NCBI GenBank assembly: GCA_038919385.1
Contig: JBCKZH010000004.1
Coordinates: 1,132-65,131, forward strand
Source: Vicinamibacterales bacterium
Lineage (GTDB): Bacteria > Acidobacteriota > Vicinamibacteria > Vicinamibacterales > UBA2999
Length of the DNA: 64,000 bases
Direction: 5' to 3'
The notes under the pieces are model-generated. The model searched no databases, had not been told where the DNA came from, and saw only the letters and a list, made by a program, of their open reading frames with translations. A program made the position numbers and the translations under genes. How positions within the stretch are numbered: the first letter of the stretch is position 1; each line of letters opens with the position of its first letter. This document shows positions 28,258 to 36,948 of the stretch, one piece after another.

Positions 28258-29627
28258 AGCTTCAGCGCGCCGATTTCCTGATAGAGATACGCCGAGGCGA
28301 TTACGCCGTTGTGGAAGTTCCCCAGGTCGAGCTTCTCGTCGGGGGCGTGGGCGTTCTCGTCGGGCAGACCAATTCCGAACAACACGCACGGCACGCCAAG
28401 TTCTTCCTGGAAGGTTGAGACCACCGGGATCGAGCCGCCTTCGCGAGTGAAGACGGGGCGCTGGCCGAAGCCTTGTTCGATGGCGCGGCCGGCAGCCTGC
28501 ACGAACGGGTTGTCGAACGCGGTCAGCCACGGCTTGCCGCCGTGCATGCGGGTAATCTTCAGCTCCACCGTCTTCGGTGCGACTTTCTTCACGTACTCCT
28601 CGAAGAGGTCGCCGATCTTCTTCGGGTCCTGGTTTGGCACCAGGCGCATGCTGACCTTGGCCATCGCGATGGCCGGCAGCACGGTCTTGGCGCCTTCGCC
28701 GGTGAAGCCCGAGCGCAGGCCGTTCACTTCGAAGGTGGGCCGCGCCCATGTCCGCTCGAGTGTGGTGTAGCCGGTTTCGCCAAACAGCTTCGGCGCGCCC
28801 AGTTCCTGCTTGTACTTCTTCTCGTTGAACGGCAGCCGCGCCCACTCGGCGCGCTCCTCATCCCGCAGCGCAACCACATCGTCGTAGAAGCCGTCGATCT
28901 TGACGCGCCCGCCCTTGTCTTTCATCTGCGCGAGCATCTGCGCCAGCACCATGGCGGGGTTGGCGACGGCGCCACCGAACGATCCCGAGTGGAGATCCGA
29001 CTTGCTGCCGCGCAGGTCGATCTGGAAGTAAGTCAGGCCGCGCAGGCCGTAGCAGATCGACGGAATGCCGCGGTCGAACATCGGCGAGTCGGAGATGACG
29101 ACGACGTCGGCCTTGAGCAGATCCTTGTGAGCGCGGATGAAGTTGTCGAGGTTGGCGCTGCCGATCTCCTCCTCGCCTTCGATCAGGAACTTCATGTTCA
29201 CCGGCAGGCTGCCGTGCTGCTTCAAGTGCGCCTCGACGGCCTTGAAGTGCATGAAGACCTGGCCCTTGTCGTCGGCAGAGCCGCGGGCGTAGATCTCGCC
29301 GTCGCGAATGGTCGCCTCGAAGGGCGGCGAGGTCCACAGGTTGACCGGATCCACCGGCTGCACGTCGTAGTGGCCGTAGAACAGGATGGTCGGCGCGCCC
29401 GGGGCGCCGAGCCACTCGCCGTAGACGCAAGGGTGTCCGGGCGTCTCTTCGAGCCGCACGTTGTGCAGGCCGATTCGGCGCATTTCGTCAGCGGTCCACT
29501 CGGCGCAGGCGCGCACGTCGCCCTTGTGTTCGGGAAGCGCGCTGATGCTGGGGATGGCGAGGTAGCGCTTCATCTCGTCGATGTAGCGGTCGCGGTTCAC
29601 GTTGATGAAGTCGACAATCTTGTCCAT
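28254..29627 (-). CDS. M20 family dipeptidase
   Basis: YGHYDVQP, RGSADDKGQ, EGEEEIGS, DLHSG, GGSIP and HAPDE motifs. Confidence 0.95.
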   Translation of the reverse strand: MDKIVDFINVNRDRYIDEMKRYLAIPSISALPEHKGDVRACAEWTADEMRRIGLHNVRLEETPGHPCVYGEWLGAPGAPTILFYGHYDVQPVDPVNLWTSPPFEATIRDGEIYARGSADDKGQVFMHFKAVEAHLKQHGSLPVNMKFLIEGEEEIGSANLDNFIRAHKDLLKADVVVISDSPMFDRGIPSICYGLRGLTYFQIDLRGSKSDLHSGSFGGAVANPAMVLAQMLAQMKDKGGRVKIDGFYDDVVALRDEERAEWARLPFNEKKYKQELGAPKLFGETGYTTLERTWARPTFEVNGLRSGFTGEGAKTVLPAIAMAKVSMRLVPNQDPKKIGDLFEEYVKKVAPKTVELKITRMHGGKPWLTAFDNPFVQAAGRAIEQGFGQRPVFTREGGSIPVVSTFQEELGVPCVLFGIGLPDENAHAPDEKLDLGNFHNGVIASAYLYQEIGALKL

Positions 29628-29639
29628 GGCGGGTCTTCC

Positions 29640-31880
29640 CTATCCGATCGTATCCGGAGGACGCGTGCCGGTCAGCAGGTCAACGGCGGCGGTGAGGCGA
29701 TCGAGGTTGAAGGGCTTCATGAAATAGCTGCAGCACGACCGATCGAGGAACTCGCGCGTGTCTTCGCCGTCGATGTCGCCGGTGATGAAGATGAAGCGGC
29801 GCGCCATCTCGGGCCGGATCTGGCAGACCCGGCCGTAGAGTTCCTGGCCGCTGAGCTCGGGCATCTTGACGTCGCAGATCACGACGTCATACGCCGTTCG
29901 CTCGATCATCACCAGCGCCCGACGCGACAGCGTGGTGCTTTCCGCGTCGTAGCCGGCACCGGCGAGGACGCGCCTCACCAGCGCCGCGTTCGATTCTTCG
30001 TCGTCCACCACCAGGGCCTTGCGGCGGCGGGGGCTGCGTTCCACCTCGCCTTCGGGCGGGGGCACCATGGCAAAGGACGGTGCCGGCACGACCGGGCGCC
30101 GATCGACGCCCGAGGGCGTGGGCGTCACCGCGGCGGCGGTCGCCGACGCAAGCGATTCGGCCATCACCGGCAGTTCGATGGTGAACACGGCGCCGCCAAC
30201 TTCGGCGTTGCGAGCGGTAATCTGGCCGCCGTGCTCGCGCACGATGCCGTAGCACACCGACAGGCCCAGCCCCGTGCCCTGGCCCACCTCGCGGGTGGTG
30301 AAGAACGGATCGAACACGCGCGGCAGGTCTTCGTCGCGCAGCCCGCTGCCGTTGTCGGTCACCTCGACCAGGAGGCGATCGGGATCGCCCTGCCAGCGTG
30401 TAGCGATCACGATCTCGCCGCGAACACGTTGTGGCACGCTGGCCCGCGTCTTGCCCTCTCGCCGCGAGGCGATGGCGGCTTCGGCGTTCTGGATCAGATT
30501 CACCAGCACGTCTTCGAGACGCGCGTGGTCGACATAGACGAGCGGCAGGCGATCGGCCACGTCGAGCCGCAGATCGATGCCAGCCGTCTGCAGGTGCGGC
30601 TCACGAACCGCCACGGCATCCCGCACCACGCGGTTGATCTGCTGCCACCCGCGCGCCGACGTGGTGCGGCCAGCGAACGTCATCAGGTTGCGGACAATGC
30701 TGGCGGCGCGATTGGCGTTGTCGCGAATCGCGCGCAGCTCCTCGGTCTCGGCCGCGGACGGACGCCCCGCCAGCATCAGCTCGGCATAGCCGAGCACGCC
30801 CTGCAGCGGGTTGTTCAGCTCGTGAGCCACGCCCGAGACGAGCTGCCCGACGGCGGCCAGCTTCTCTTTCTGCACCAGTTGCTCGCGCGTCGAGACCAGC
30901 TCCTGGCCGGCCCGCAACAGAGCGCGCCGAGATAGGAACTCGCGGACCACGACGACCACGCCGAAGGGGATCATCATCGCCAGCGCGAGTCGTGTGCGCA
31001 GGGACCTGGTGGCCTCCGACACGTCCAGCAGGCGGCGGGCAATCTCGTCGATCGCGGGAATGGCGACGAACAGCGCGATGGCAATCAGCGACACCACGGG
31101 CAAACGGGCCAGCGCCGGTGCTTCTTCGGCCGGTTCGAACAGCTTCTCGTCATACGCCACGGCCGCGGCCAGGCCCATCACGACGTAGGGCAGCATCCAC
31201 GACAGGTCCCACAGCGCGCCCGGCACGTAGATACCGTTCTGGTCGACGATGTCGTAGACAATCCCGCCGGCGAACGTGAGCGACAAACCGATCGCGTAGA
31301 CGCCGAGCATGCGGCGCCACGCCGGCGAAGGCGCCGTGCGCCACACCCAGATCGCCCATACCGCGAGGACGAGGTTACGCGCGTTGAGCAACTGCGTGAG
31401 GTTGGTGTGGTAAAGCTGTTGGTTGCCGTCGGTGATGGCAATGGAGACGACGAAGTAGACGTAGACGAACGCCGAGAACAGCGCGATCAGCACCAGGTCG
31501 AGCAGGACGATGTCGAACAGCCAGCGGGGGCGATCGCGTTCAGGCCTCCCATACAGGGCAGCGGCCAGCGGGATGCTGGACACGAAGAACAGCGGGTCGG
31601 TTGGCGAGATCACCGGCACGCCGCCGCGCGCGAGGTCGTAGTAGGTCCAGACCGCCTGGCCGATGGCCCAGGTCACGCCGTGGATGGCGTTGAGGTTCCA
31701 GAAGGTGCGGACCTGCCCACGGCAACGGCGCGCGAGCGTAAACGTGAACGCGGCGTACGCGAGGGGCGGGACGAGCTGGGCCAGGTCGCCGAGCGCGACG
31801 ACCCGCTGACCGGTCAGGACCGACAGGACGGCGTAGAGGAGGATATAGCCCGCCCCGACGTAGCCCACCGTGCGAATCAT
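29640..31880 (-). CDS. Multi-TM hybrid sensor histidine kinase
   Basis: About nine TMs; EKLAAVG..AHELNNPL; DNGSG; FDPFFTT; GTGLGL; C-terminal receiver domain. Confidence 0.93.
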   Translation of the reverse strand: MIRTVGYVGAGYILLYAVLSVLTGQRVVALGDLAQLVPPLAYAAFTFTLARRCRGQVRTFWNLNAIHGVTWAIGQAVWTYYDLARGGVPVISPTDPLFFVSSIPLAAALYGRPERDRPRWLFDIVLLDLVLIALFSAFVYVYFVVSIAITDGNQQLYHTNLTQLLNARNLVLAVWAIWVWRTAPSPAWRRMLGVYAIGLSLTFAGGIVYDIVDQNGIYVPGALWDLSWMLPYVVMGLAAAVAYDEKLFEPAEEAPALARLPVVSLIAIALFVAIPAIDEIARRLLDVSEATRSLRTRLALAMMIPFGVVVVVREFLSRRALLRAGQELVSTREQLVQKEKLAAVGQLVSGVAHELNNPLQGVLGYAELMLAGRPSAAETEELRAIRDNANRAASIVRNLMTFAGRTTSARGWQQINRVVRDAVAVREPHLQTAGIDLRLDVADRLPLVYVDHARLEDVLVNLIQNAEAAIASRREGKTRASVPQRVRGEIVIATRWQGDPDRLLVEVTDNGSGLRDEDLPRVFDPFFTTREVGQGTGLGLSVCYGIVREHGGQITARNAEVGGAVFTIELPVMAESLASATAAAVTPTPSGVDRRPVVPAPSFAMVPPPEGEVERSPRRRKALVVDDEESNAALVRRVLAGAGYDAESTTLSRRALVMIERTAYDVVICDVKMPELSGQELYGRVCQIRPEMARRFIFITGDIDGEDTREFLDRSCCSYFMKPFNLDRLTAAVDLLTGTRPPDTIG

Positions 31881-31919
31881 TGGGGGAACAGTATATCGTC
31901 CGGCTTCACCTCTCAGACA

Positions 31920-32411
31920 TCACCGTTCGATGGCCCGGCGCTGGCGCAGCACCTCGTAAACGGCGATCGCCACACTCGACGACAGGTTCAGCGACCGCAC
32001 CCGTGGCGACAGGATCGGCATGGCGACGAACCGAGCCTGATACCGCTCGTGCAGGCCGGCCGGCAGCCCGCCGGTTTCGCGCCCGAAGATCAGCACGACA
32101 CCCCCGGGCGCCGCGAGAGGCGCGTCCCAGAGCGAGCGGGTCGCCTTGGTCGAGAAGAAGTAGGGCTCGCCCAGTGCCGGCAGTTGCGCCTCAAACGCCT
32201 TCCAATTTGGCCACACGCGCAGGTCGACGTGCTCCCAATAGTCGAGCCCGGCGCGCTTGACGCGACTGTCGTCGAGCGAGAAGCCCAGTGGCTCGATCAG
32301 GTGCAGCGTCGCGCCGGCGGCCAGACAGGTGCGCCCGGCGTTGCCGGTGTTCCAGTGGATGTCGGGATGAACGAGGACGACGTGAATGGCCACAGGTTGC
32401 GCCGGGATCAC
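31920..32411 (-). CDS. trmL: tRNA (cytidine34-2'-O)-methyltransferase
   Basis: NTGNAGRTC, IEPLGF, KRAGLDYW, FGRET and RSLNLS motifs. Confidence 0.93.
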   Translation of the reverse strand: MIPAQPVAIHVVLVHPDIHWNTGNAGRTCLAAGATLHLIEPLGFSLDDSRVKRAGLDYWEHVDLRVWPNWKAFEAQLPALGEPYFFSTKATRSLWDAPLAAPGGVVLIFGRETGGLPAGLHERYQARFVAMPILSPRVRSLNLSSSVAIAVYEVLRQRRAIER

Positions 32412-32455
32412 TTTTTCCGTTCAGGGGTAATGGTCTCCTTGCTCGCGCTGCGAAT

Positions 32456-32462
32456 GTTAGAC
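32456..32462 (-). mobile_element. Residual attC R'' box (GTCTAAC) of the GNAT cassette
   Basis: Contains the GNAT stop codon and is complementary to the cassette start GT(C)TAGAC; rest of the attC is absent. Confidence 0.55.
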
Positions 32463-33086
32463 GGCGGTGTGGCGAGAGGAGTCACGACGAAACGTCCACA
32501 GTTGGAGGCCGCTGGTGGGCTCCCGGATCTCAATCACGCGACGGAAGCCTAGATGTTCGTAGAAGTGAATATTCTTCGGCTGGGCTGTCTCCAAATAGCA
32601 CGGCTGGCCAGCCGCGTCCGCACGGTCGATGATGGGCTGTAAGAGTGCGCGCCCGAGGCCACTCCCCTGTGCACCTGGCGAGACGCCCACGACCATGACG
32701 TACCAATGCCCTGCCGGCACATCCCGCTTATGGTAGGGCTCGATAGTTGCTAGTGCGGAGAAGAAACGCTCCGCCGCGGCTTCGCCCATGACCGTCGGCA
32801 ACGTATCCAGTCCTGCCGCGGCGGCCCGCTCGGGGGTCACGTCCCACGCATCTGGACCGAGCCACACGGCGGCGCCCGCTGGATGGTCCGCAGTGGTCAG
32901 AACCTCGCCGAACTGCAACCCATATTGGAGCAGCGGCGCGAAATGTGCGGGTGAGCGCGAGGCTCGCTCGAGCGGATCCGGAAAGACGTAAGTCTGGAGG
33001 GGATCGTCCTGAAACGCCTCGGCGAGTGCACGGGCCGCAGCTGGAACATCAGCCGTTCGGAGCGGAACAATCGTGTGGGTGCCCAT
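32457..33086 (-). CDS. GNAT acetyltransferase (cassette gene)
   Basis: AFQDDP, HWY..VGV.P.AQG.GLG, CYLET and FYEHLGF motifs. Confidence 0.9.
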   Translation of the reverse strand: MGTHTIVPLRTADVPAAARALAEAFQDDPLQTYVFPDPLERASRSPAHFAPLLQYGLQFGEVLTTADHPAGAAVWLGPDAWDVTPERAAAAGLDTLPTVMGEAAAERFFSALATIEPYHKRDVPAGHWYVMVVGVSPGAQGSGLGRALLQPIIDRADAAGQPCYLETAQPKNIHFYEHLGFRRVIEIREPTSGLQLWTFRRDSSRHTAV

Positions 33087-33137
33087 CGATTCGAATTCTC
33101 CATCCGGTTATCGTGATCTTCAGAACCTTGGGTGTAC

Positions 33138-33248
33138 GTCTAGACGGTCCGGCTCACCCGCGCCGCGCGGAGTCACGACACACCGGAGCGCGGGCACACG
33201 GGGCGCGCGTGAGCGAGCCCCGTGCGTCGGGTGCAGCCGGTGTTATAC
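33138..33248 (-). mobile_element. Integron attC site
   Basis: Minus strand GTATAAC-ACCG-GCTGCACCCG...GCGGGTGAGC-CGGACC-GTCTAGAC (R' has one extra C); 111 bp. Confidence 0.8.
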
Positions 33249-33502
33249 GGCCTCGCCTGTGTCGGCCTTGCCCGGACAGTTTCATTTTGAGCAACGGCAG
33301 CAGTAACTTCCGCCAGTTCTCAACCGAACCCATGACGCCGTTGATTTCGAGGCTGTCTTCGCCGTAGTACACCTCAAGCTCACGGTCGCAGCAGCCGCAC
33401 TTGAACAGAAACCTCGGATCCTTACTTCCCTTTGCGGTTGCGGTGAAACGTTCGAATGGCGAAATAGCCGTCCGGGCGAGTCAGGGCAAGTAGTCGATTC
33501 AT
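33154..33502 (-). pseudogene. Frameshifted Cys-containing cassette gene
   Basis: MNRLLAL..RKGK, a +1 shift, then KDPRFLFKCGCCDRELEVYY..EINGV.GSVENWR. Confidence 0.55.
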
Positions 33503-33513
33503 ACAGGATTGGC

Positions 33514-33759
33514 CTACAGAATGGGGTCGCCTGGGCGGCCGCCTTGGCATTTTGGGCAGAGACGGCCAGTGCCAGCACCGGCGCCGTCGATGTCGGGTCC
33601 GTTCGCGCCATACCGGTGCCCACACGTCTTCCCGTCGGAACCCACGCGTAAGCACTCCAGTTCGTAAGTGTACTGTCCGGCTAAAGACGGGCTCGGCCCG
33701 ACTCGTCGGACCACTCGTTGATTCTGAGGATTGATATGGCCGACGTCAGTACTTGCCAC
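33514..33759 (-). CDS. Small Zn-ribbon protein (first cassette)
   Basis: YELEC..CGHRYGANG.DI...CPKCQGGRPG. Confidence 0.7.
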   Translation of the reverse strand: MASTDVGHINPQNQRVVRRVGPSPSLAGQYTYELECLRVGSDGKTCGHRYGANGPDIDGAGAGTGRLCPKCQGGRPGDPIL

Positions 33760-33782
33760 GAACGCCTCTTTCTGTTCTGCCC

Positions 33783-33801
33783 GTATAACCTGTGTTTAGC
33801 T
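33783..33801 (-). mobile_element. attI-like site
   Basis: AGCTAAA-CACAG-GTTATAC matches attI1 L-5bp-R geometry; GTTATACGG is complementary to CCGTATAAC at the next attC. Confidence 0.7.
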
Positions 33802-33906
33802 TGTCCGGGACCCACCGCCCGGAACCTTCCTTCGCCGCGAACGCTCGCAGCTAAGGACCAGGGGGTCGGAAACCCCCGCCTGACCCGCAACTCGTTGATC
33901 GCGCGT

Positions 33907-33933
33907 ATCCTAGCATGGCGTGGGGCGAGTCAA
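33907..33933 (-). promoter_or_regulatory. Candidate cassette promoter (Pc)
   Basis: TTGACT-15 nt-TAGGAT with an extended TG, pointing toward attI; the spacer is short. Confidence 0.4.
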
Positions 33934-33972
33934 AGCGGCGGGTCCTTAGCTGCAAATGCTCGTCAGCCTAAA

Positions 33973-34347
33973 CTAAACCGGCCGACCCCGACGGGGCGCG
34001 GCCCGCTTGATGCCCAACTTCACCGGCAGCCGATCCGCCGGACTCCGCACTCCCAACGGCCCTCGATTTAACACATGGGTGTCATCATCGTCGTGCTGAC
34101 ATCCTTGTGACCCAGCAGTTCCTGCACCGTCCGGATGTCAGCCCCGCTCTCCAGCAGATGCGTCGCGAAGCCGTGGCGGAAAACATGACACGAGACGCGC
34201 TTCTCAAGGCCCGCCAGGTCGCGCTGATGCAACCGCTTCACATCCTGCAGAACGCCTGGTTCTGCCCTCGACGCCGACACATGCAGGTGCTCAGCAAGGT
34301 CACTCAAGAACGCCACCTCCGGCGCGCCGATGTCCCTGGGATGCCGC
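33973..34347 (-). pseudogene. intI: Integron integrase remnant
   Basis: [25 protein letters not shown] / VKRLHQRDL / [53 protein letters not shown]. Confidence 0.9.
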
Positions 34348-35116
34348 TACGCCGTGCCCTACCTTCTCCCTCCAACTTCACCAGATGCGCCAGCACGCTC
34401 TCGCGCGCCATCGGCGTCAGCACCGGCGTGAGGGTCGCATAGATGCGTGTGGTGATCGCGTCGACGGTGTCGATCCCCTCGGCGAGCGCGGCCAGCACCT
34501 GCTCCTCACGCCGACGACGATGCTCGATGTAGTGATCGATCAGATCGACGGGATCTTCGATCACCGGCCCATGCGCCGGCCAGGCGCGGACCGGCGATAA
34601 CTGCCGCAGGCGTTCGAGCGACCTCAAGTAGTCGGCGAGGTTGCCGCCACTCGAAGCAGGAATGAACACCGTGCTGCCCAGCACCAGCAGATCGCCAACA
34701 AACAGCGTCCGCGAGTCGGCGTGCCACAACGCGATGTGATCCGGTGAATGCCCCGGAGTGTGCAGGATCTCAAGCGGGCCGTCGCTGGTCGGCACCGTGT
34801 CACCATCCGCGAGCGGCTGCCACGACACACCACCCGTCACGTCGGTATCGCGCTCGGGCCACGGCCACTTCAGGAAGCGCGCATCAGCCCAGCGCGCGCG
34901 GATCGCCGGCGCCCCGGATGCGTGATCGCTGTGCGCATGCGTGACCACCACGTCCGCCGGACCAGTCGGCACTGCCGCCGCGATCGCATCCAGATGATCC
35001 GCGTTGCCGACGCCGGCGTCGATCAACACCGGTCGCTCGCCCGGAAGCAGATACGTCCAGTTGCCCTTGCCGGTGAACGGGCCGGGATTACCCGCGTGCA
35101 GGAGCGTGGGTTTCAT
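34304..35116 (-). CDS. MBL-fold hydrolase (LACTB2-like)
   Basis: [25 protein letters not shown] and PAHG motifs; C-terminus runs into the intI remnant. Confidence 0.9.
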   Translation of the reverse strand: MKPTLLHAGNPGPFTGKGNWTYLLPGERPVLIDAGVGNADHLDAIAAAVPTGPADVVVTHAHSDHASGAPAIRARWADARFLKWPWPERDTDVTGGVSWQPLADGDTVPTSDGPLEILHTPGHSPDHIALWHADSRTLFVGDLLVLGSTVFIPASSGGNLADYLRSLERLRQLSPVRAWPAHGPVIEDPVDLIDHYIEHRRRREEQVLAALAEGIDTVDAITTRIYATLTPVLTPMARESVLAHLVKLEGEGRARRSGIPGTSARRRWRS

Positions 35117-36263
35117 GGCGCAAACGCGACAGCCCGACGAACGACACCGCGAACGCGACCAGCATCAGCCCCGATGCGCTCACGTAGGGCGTGGTCATGC
35201 CGTAGGAGTCATACAGGAATCCGCCCGTCACCGGACCGACGACGCGGCCGAGGCTGGCGAGTGACGAGGCCAGGCCGAGAATGCCGCCCTGGTCGTCGGG
35301 ATCCGACAGCCGCGACACCATCGACGACAGCGACGGGTTGTTGAAGCCCATGCCAATCGCCAGTACGAACAGCGCGACCAGCAAGGTCGGCACGCTCCAG
35401 GTGAATGGCACCAGGCCAACGCCCAGAGCAATGCAGAAGATGGCGGCCGGCACCAGCCGCGCCTCGCCCACACGCTTCACCACCCTGTGGACCAGCACGC
35501 CCTGGACCACGGCGAGCACGAGCCCGATGAACGCGAACAGGAAGCCGATCGAGGTGGACGTAAAGCCGTAGCGCGCTTTGCTGAACAGCGCGAACGTGGC
35601 CTCGAAGCTCGAGAATGCCGCGGTCACAATGAAGTAGAGCGCCAGCAGCAACACCAGCACCGGCTTGGTCAGCGCGTGCCTGAACGCCTCCATCCGGCCC
35701 AGTGTCTTGGTCTGGGCCGACACCCGGCGCGATTCAGGCAGCAGGAACCACGCCGCGATGAAGTTGCCCAGGCACAGCACGGACGCGAACCACATCGGTG
35801 CTTCTGGGCCGATGCGGCTCAACAAGCCGCCAATCGCCGGGCCGAAGATGAACCCCAGCCCGAACGCCGCGCCCACCATGCCCATGCCCTTCGCCCGATT
35901 CTCGGGCGTCGTCACATCCGCGATGTAGGCCTGCGCGGTGGGGATGTTGGCGCCGGCAATGCCGCCGATAATGCGCGCCACGAACAGCAGTGTCAGCGAG
36001 GTGGCCAGCGCCATCGCGAGGTACGACAGGCACGACCCCATCAGGCCGAGCAGGATGATCGGCTTGCGCCCAATCTTGTCGGACCAGCGGCCCCAGATCG
36101 GCGAGAACAGGAACTGCATCAACGAGAAGCTAGTGCTGAGCAGGCCGATGGTGAAGGCCGAGGCGCCAAACGACTCCGCATAGAACGGCAGCAGCGGGAT
36201 GATGATCCCGAACCCCAGCAGGTCGATGAACACGGTGATGAAGATGATGACGAGCGGCGACAC
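35088..36263 (-). CDS. MFS transporter, TetA/DHA1-like
   Basis: DLLGFGIIIP, GRWSDKIGRKP and GFIFGPAIGG motifs; 12 TMs. Confidence 0.93.
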   Translation of the reverse strand: MSPLVIIFITVFIDLLGFGIIIPLLPFYAESFGASAFTIGLLSTSFSLMQFLFSPIWGRWSDKIGRKPIILLGLMGSCLSYLAMALATSLTLLFVARIIGGIAGANIPTAQAYIADVTTPENRAKGMGMVGAAFGLGFIFGPAIGGLLSRIGPEAPMWFASVLCLGNFIAAWFLLPESRRVSAQTKTLGRMEAFRHALTKPVLVLLLALYFIVTAAFSSFEATFALFSKARYGFTSTSIGFLFAFIGLVLAVVQGVLVHRVVKRVGEARLVPAAIFCIALGVGLVPFTWSVPTLLVALFVLAIGMGFNNPSLSSMVSRLSDPDDQGGILGLASSLASLGRVVGPVTGGFLYDSYGMTTPYVSASGLMLVAFAVSFVGLSRLRHETHAPARG

Positions 36264-36266
36264 ACA

Positions 36267-36947
36267 CTACCTCTTCACGTGCAACCACAACGACAGCACG
36301 ACGTAGTACACCGGAAACACCAGCGACAACGCCAGCCAAGGACCATCGGTCGCCGGCAGGCGCCAGATCAGCCACGTGAACAGCACCGCCCACAGCGTAC
36401 CAAGCACCAGTGTCGGCACCTTCAACGCCTGCGTGCGCGACGGGTAGACATACCGGATCGGCACGAACACCAGCAACGCCAGCACCAGCAGCACCGCCGC
36501 GTTGACCATCGGCGCCAGCTTCGCCATGTAGAGATAGATGACGACGATGTTCCAGTACGACGGGAAGCCGGTGAAGAAACGATCGCCGGTGTTGACCTTG
36601 GCGTTGGCCTGGCCAAAGCCGTACGCGCTGGCGATCAACATGGCGGCGCACACCGGGAACGCGACGGGCACGAGCTCGGCCTGCCAGACGATCAGCACCG
36701 GCACGAACACATACGTGAGGTAGTCAACAATGTCGTCGAGGCGGGCGCCGTCGAAGTGTGGCAAGCGCTCTTTGACCTTCAAGGCACGCGCAAGCACGCC
36801 GTCGGTGGCGTCGACCAACGTGGCCGCAACCAGGTAGATGAAGGCGGCGCGAAAGTTGTGGGCGAAGGTGATGCCGGTGGCGAGCAGCGCGATCACGGCG
36901 CCAGTGGCCGTATAAAGATGCGCGGCCCAGGGAAGGATCGGCCCCAC
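36267..36947 (-). CDS. pcs: Phosphatidylcholine synthase (CDP-alcohol phosphotransferase)
   Basis: DG-x2-AR-x12-G-x3-D-x3-D Pcs-type spacing; H.YTATG and FTGFPSYWN. Confidence 0.8.
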   Translation of the reverse strand: MGPILPWAAHLYTATGAVIALLATGITFAHNFRAAFIYLVAATLVDATDGVLARALKVKERLPHFDGARLDDIVDYLTYVFVPVLIVWQAELVPVAFPVCAAMLIASAYGFGQANAKVNTGDRFFTGFPSYWNIVVIYLYMAKLAPMVNAAVLLVLALLVFVPIRYVYPSRTQALKVPTLVLGTLWAVLFTWLIWRLPATDGPWLALSLVFPVYYVVLSLWLHVKR

Positions 36948-36948
36948 G

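Noticed and set aside
28473-30935. 820-aa plus-strand ORF and similar long ORFs (2721-4091, 40911-42596, 35487-37097, 37003-38448, 52002-53408)
   Set aside because: Antisense shadows of well-supported genes in GC-rich DNA; no motifs
34012-34018. GTTGGGC near the intI 3' end as attI
   Set aside because: No matching R'' downstream; the site at 33783-33801 fits far better
34068-34316. XerC/XerD fragment or functional mini-integrase
   Set aside because: IntI-specific segments (RHP...QNQA, LH.RDL, THVLNRG..GVRSP) are present, but the catalytic core is incomplete
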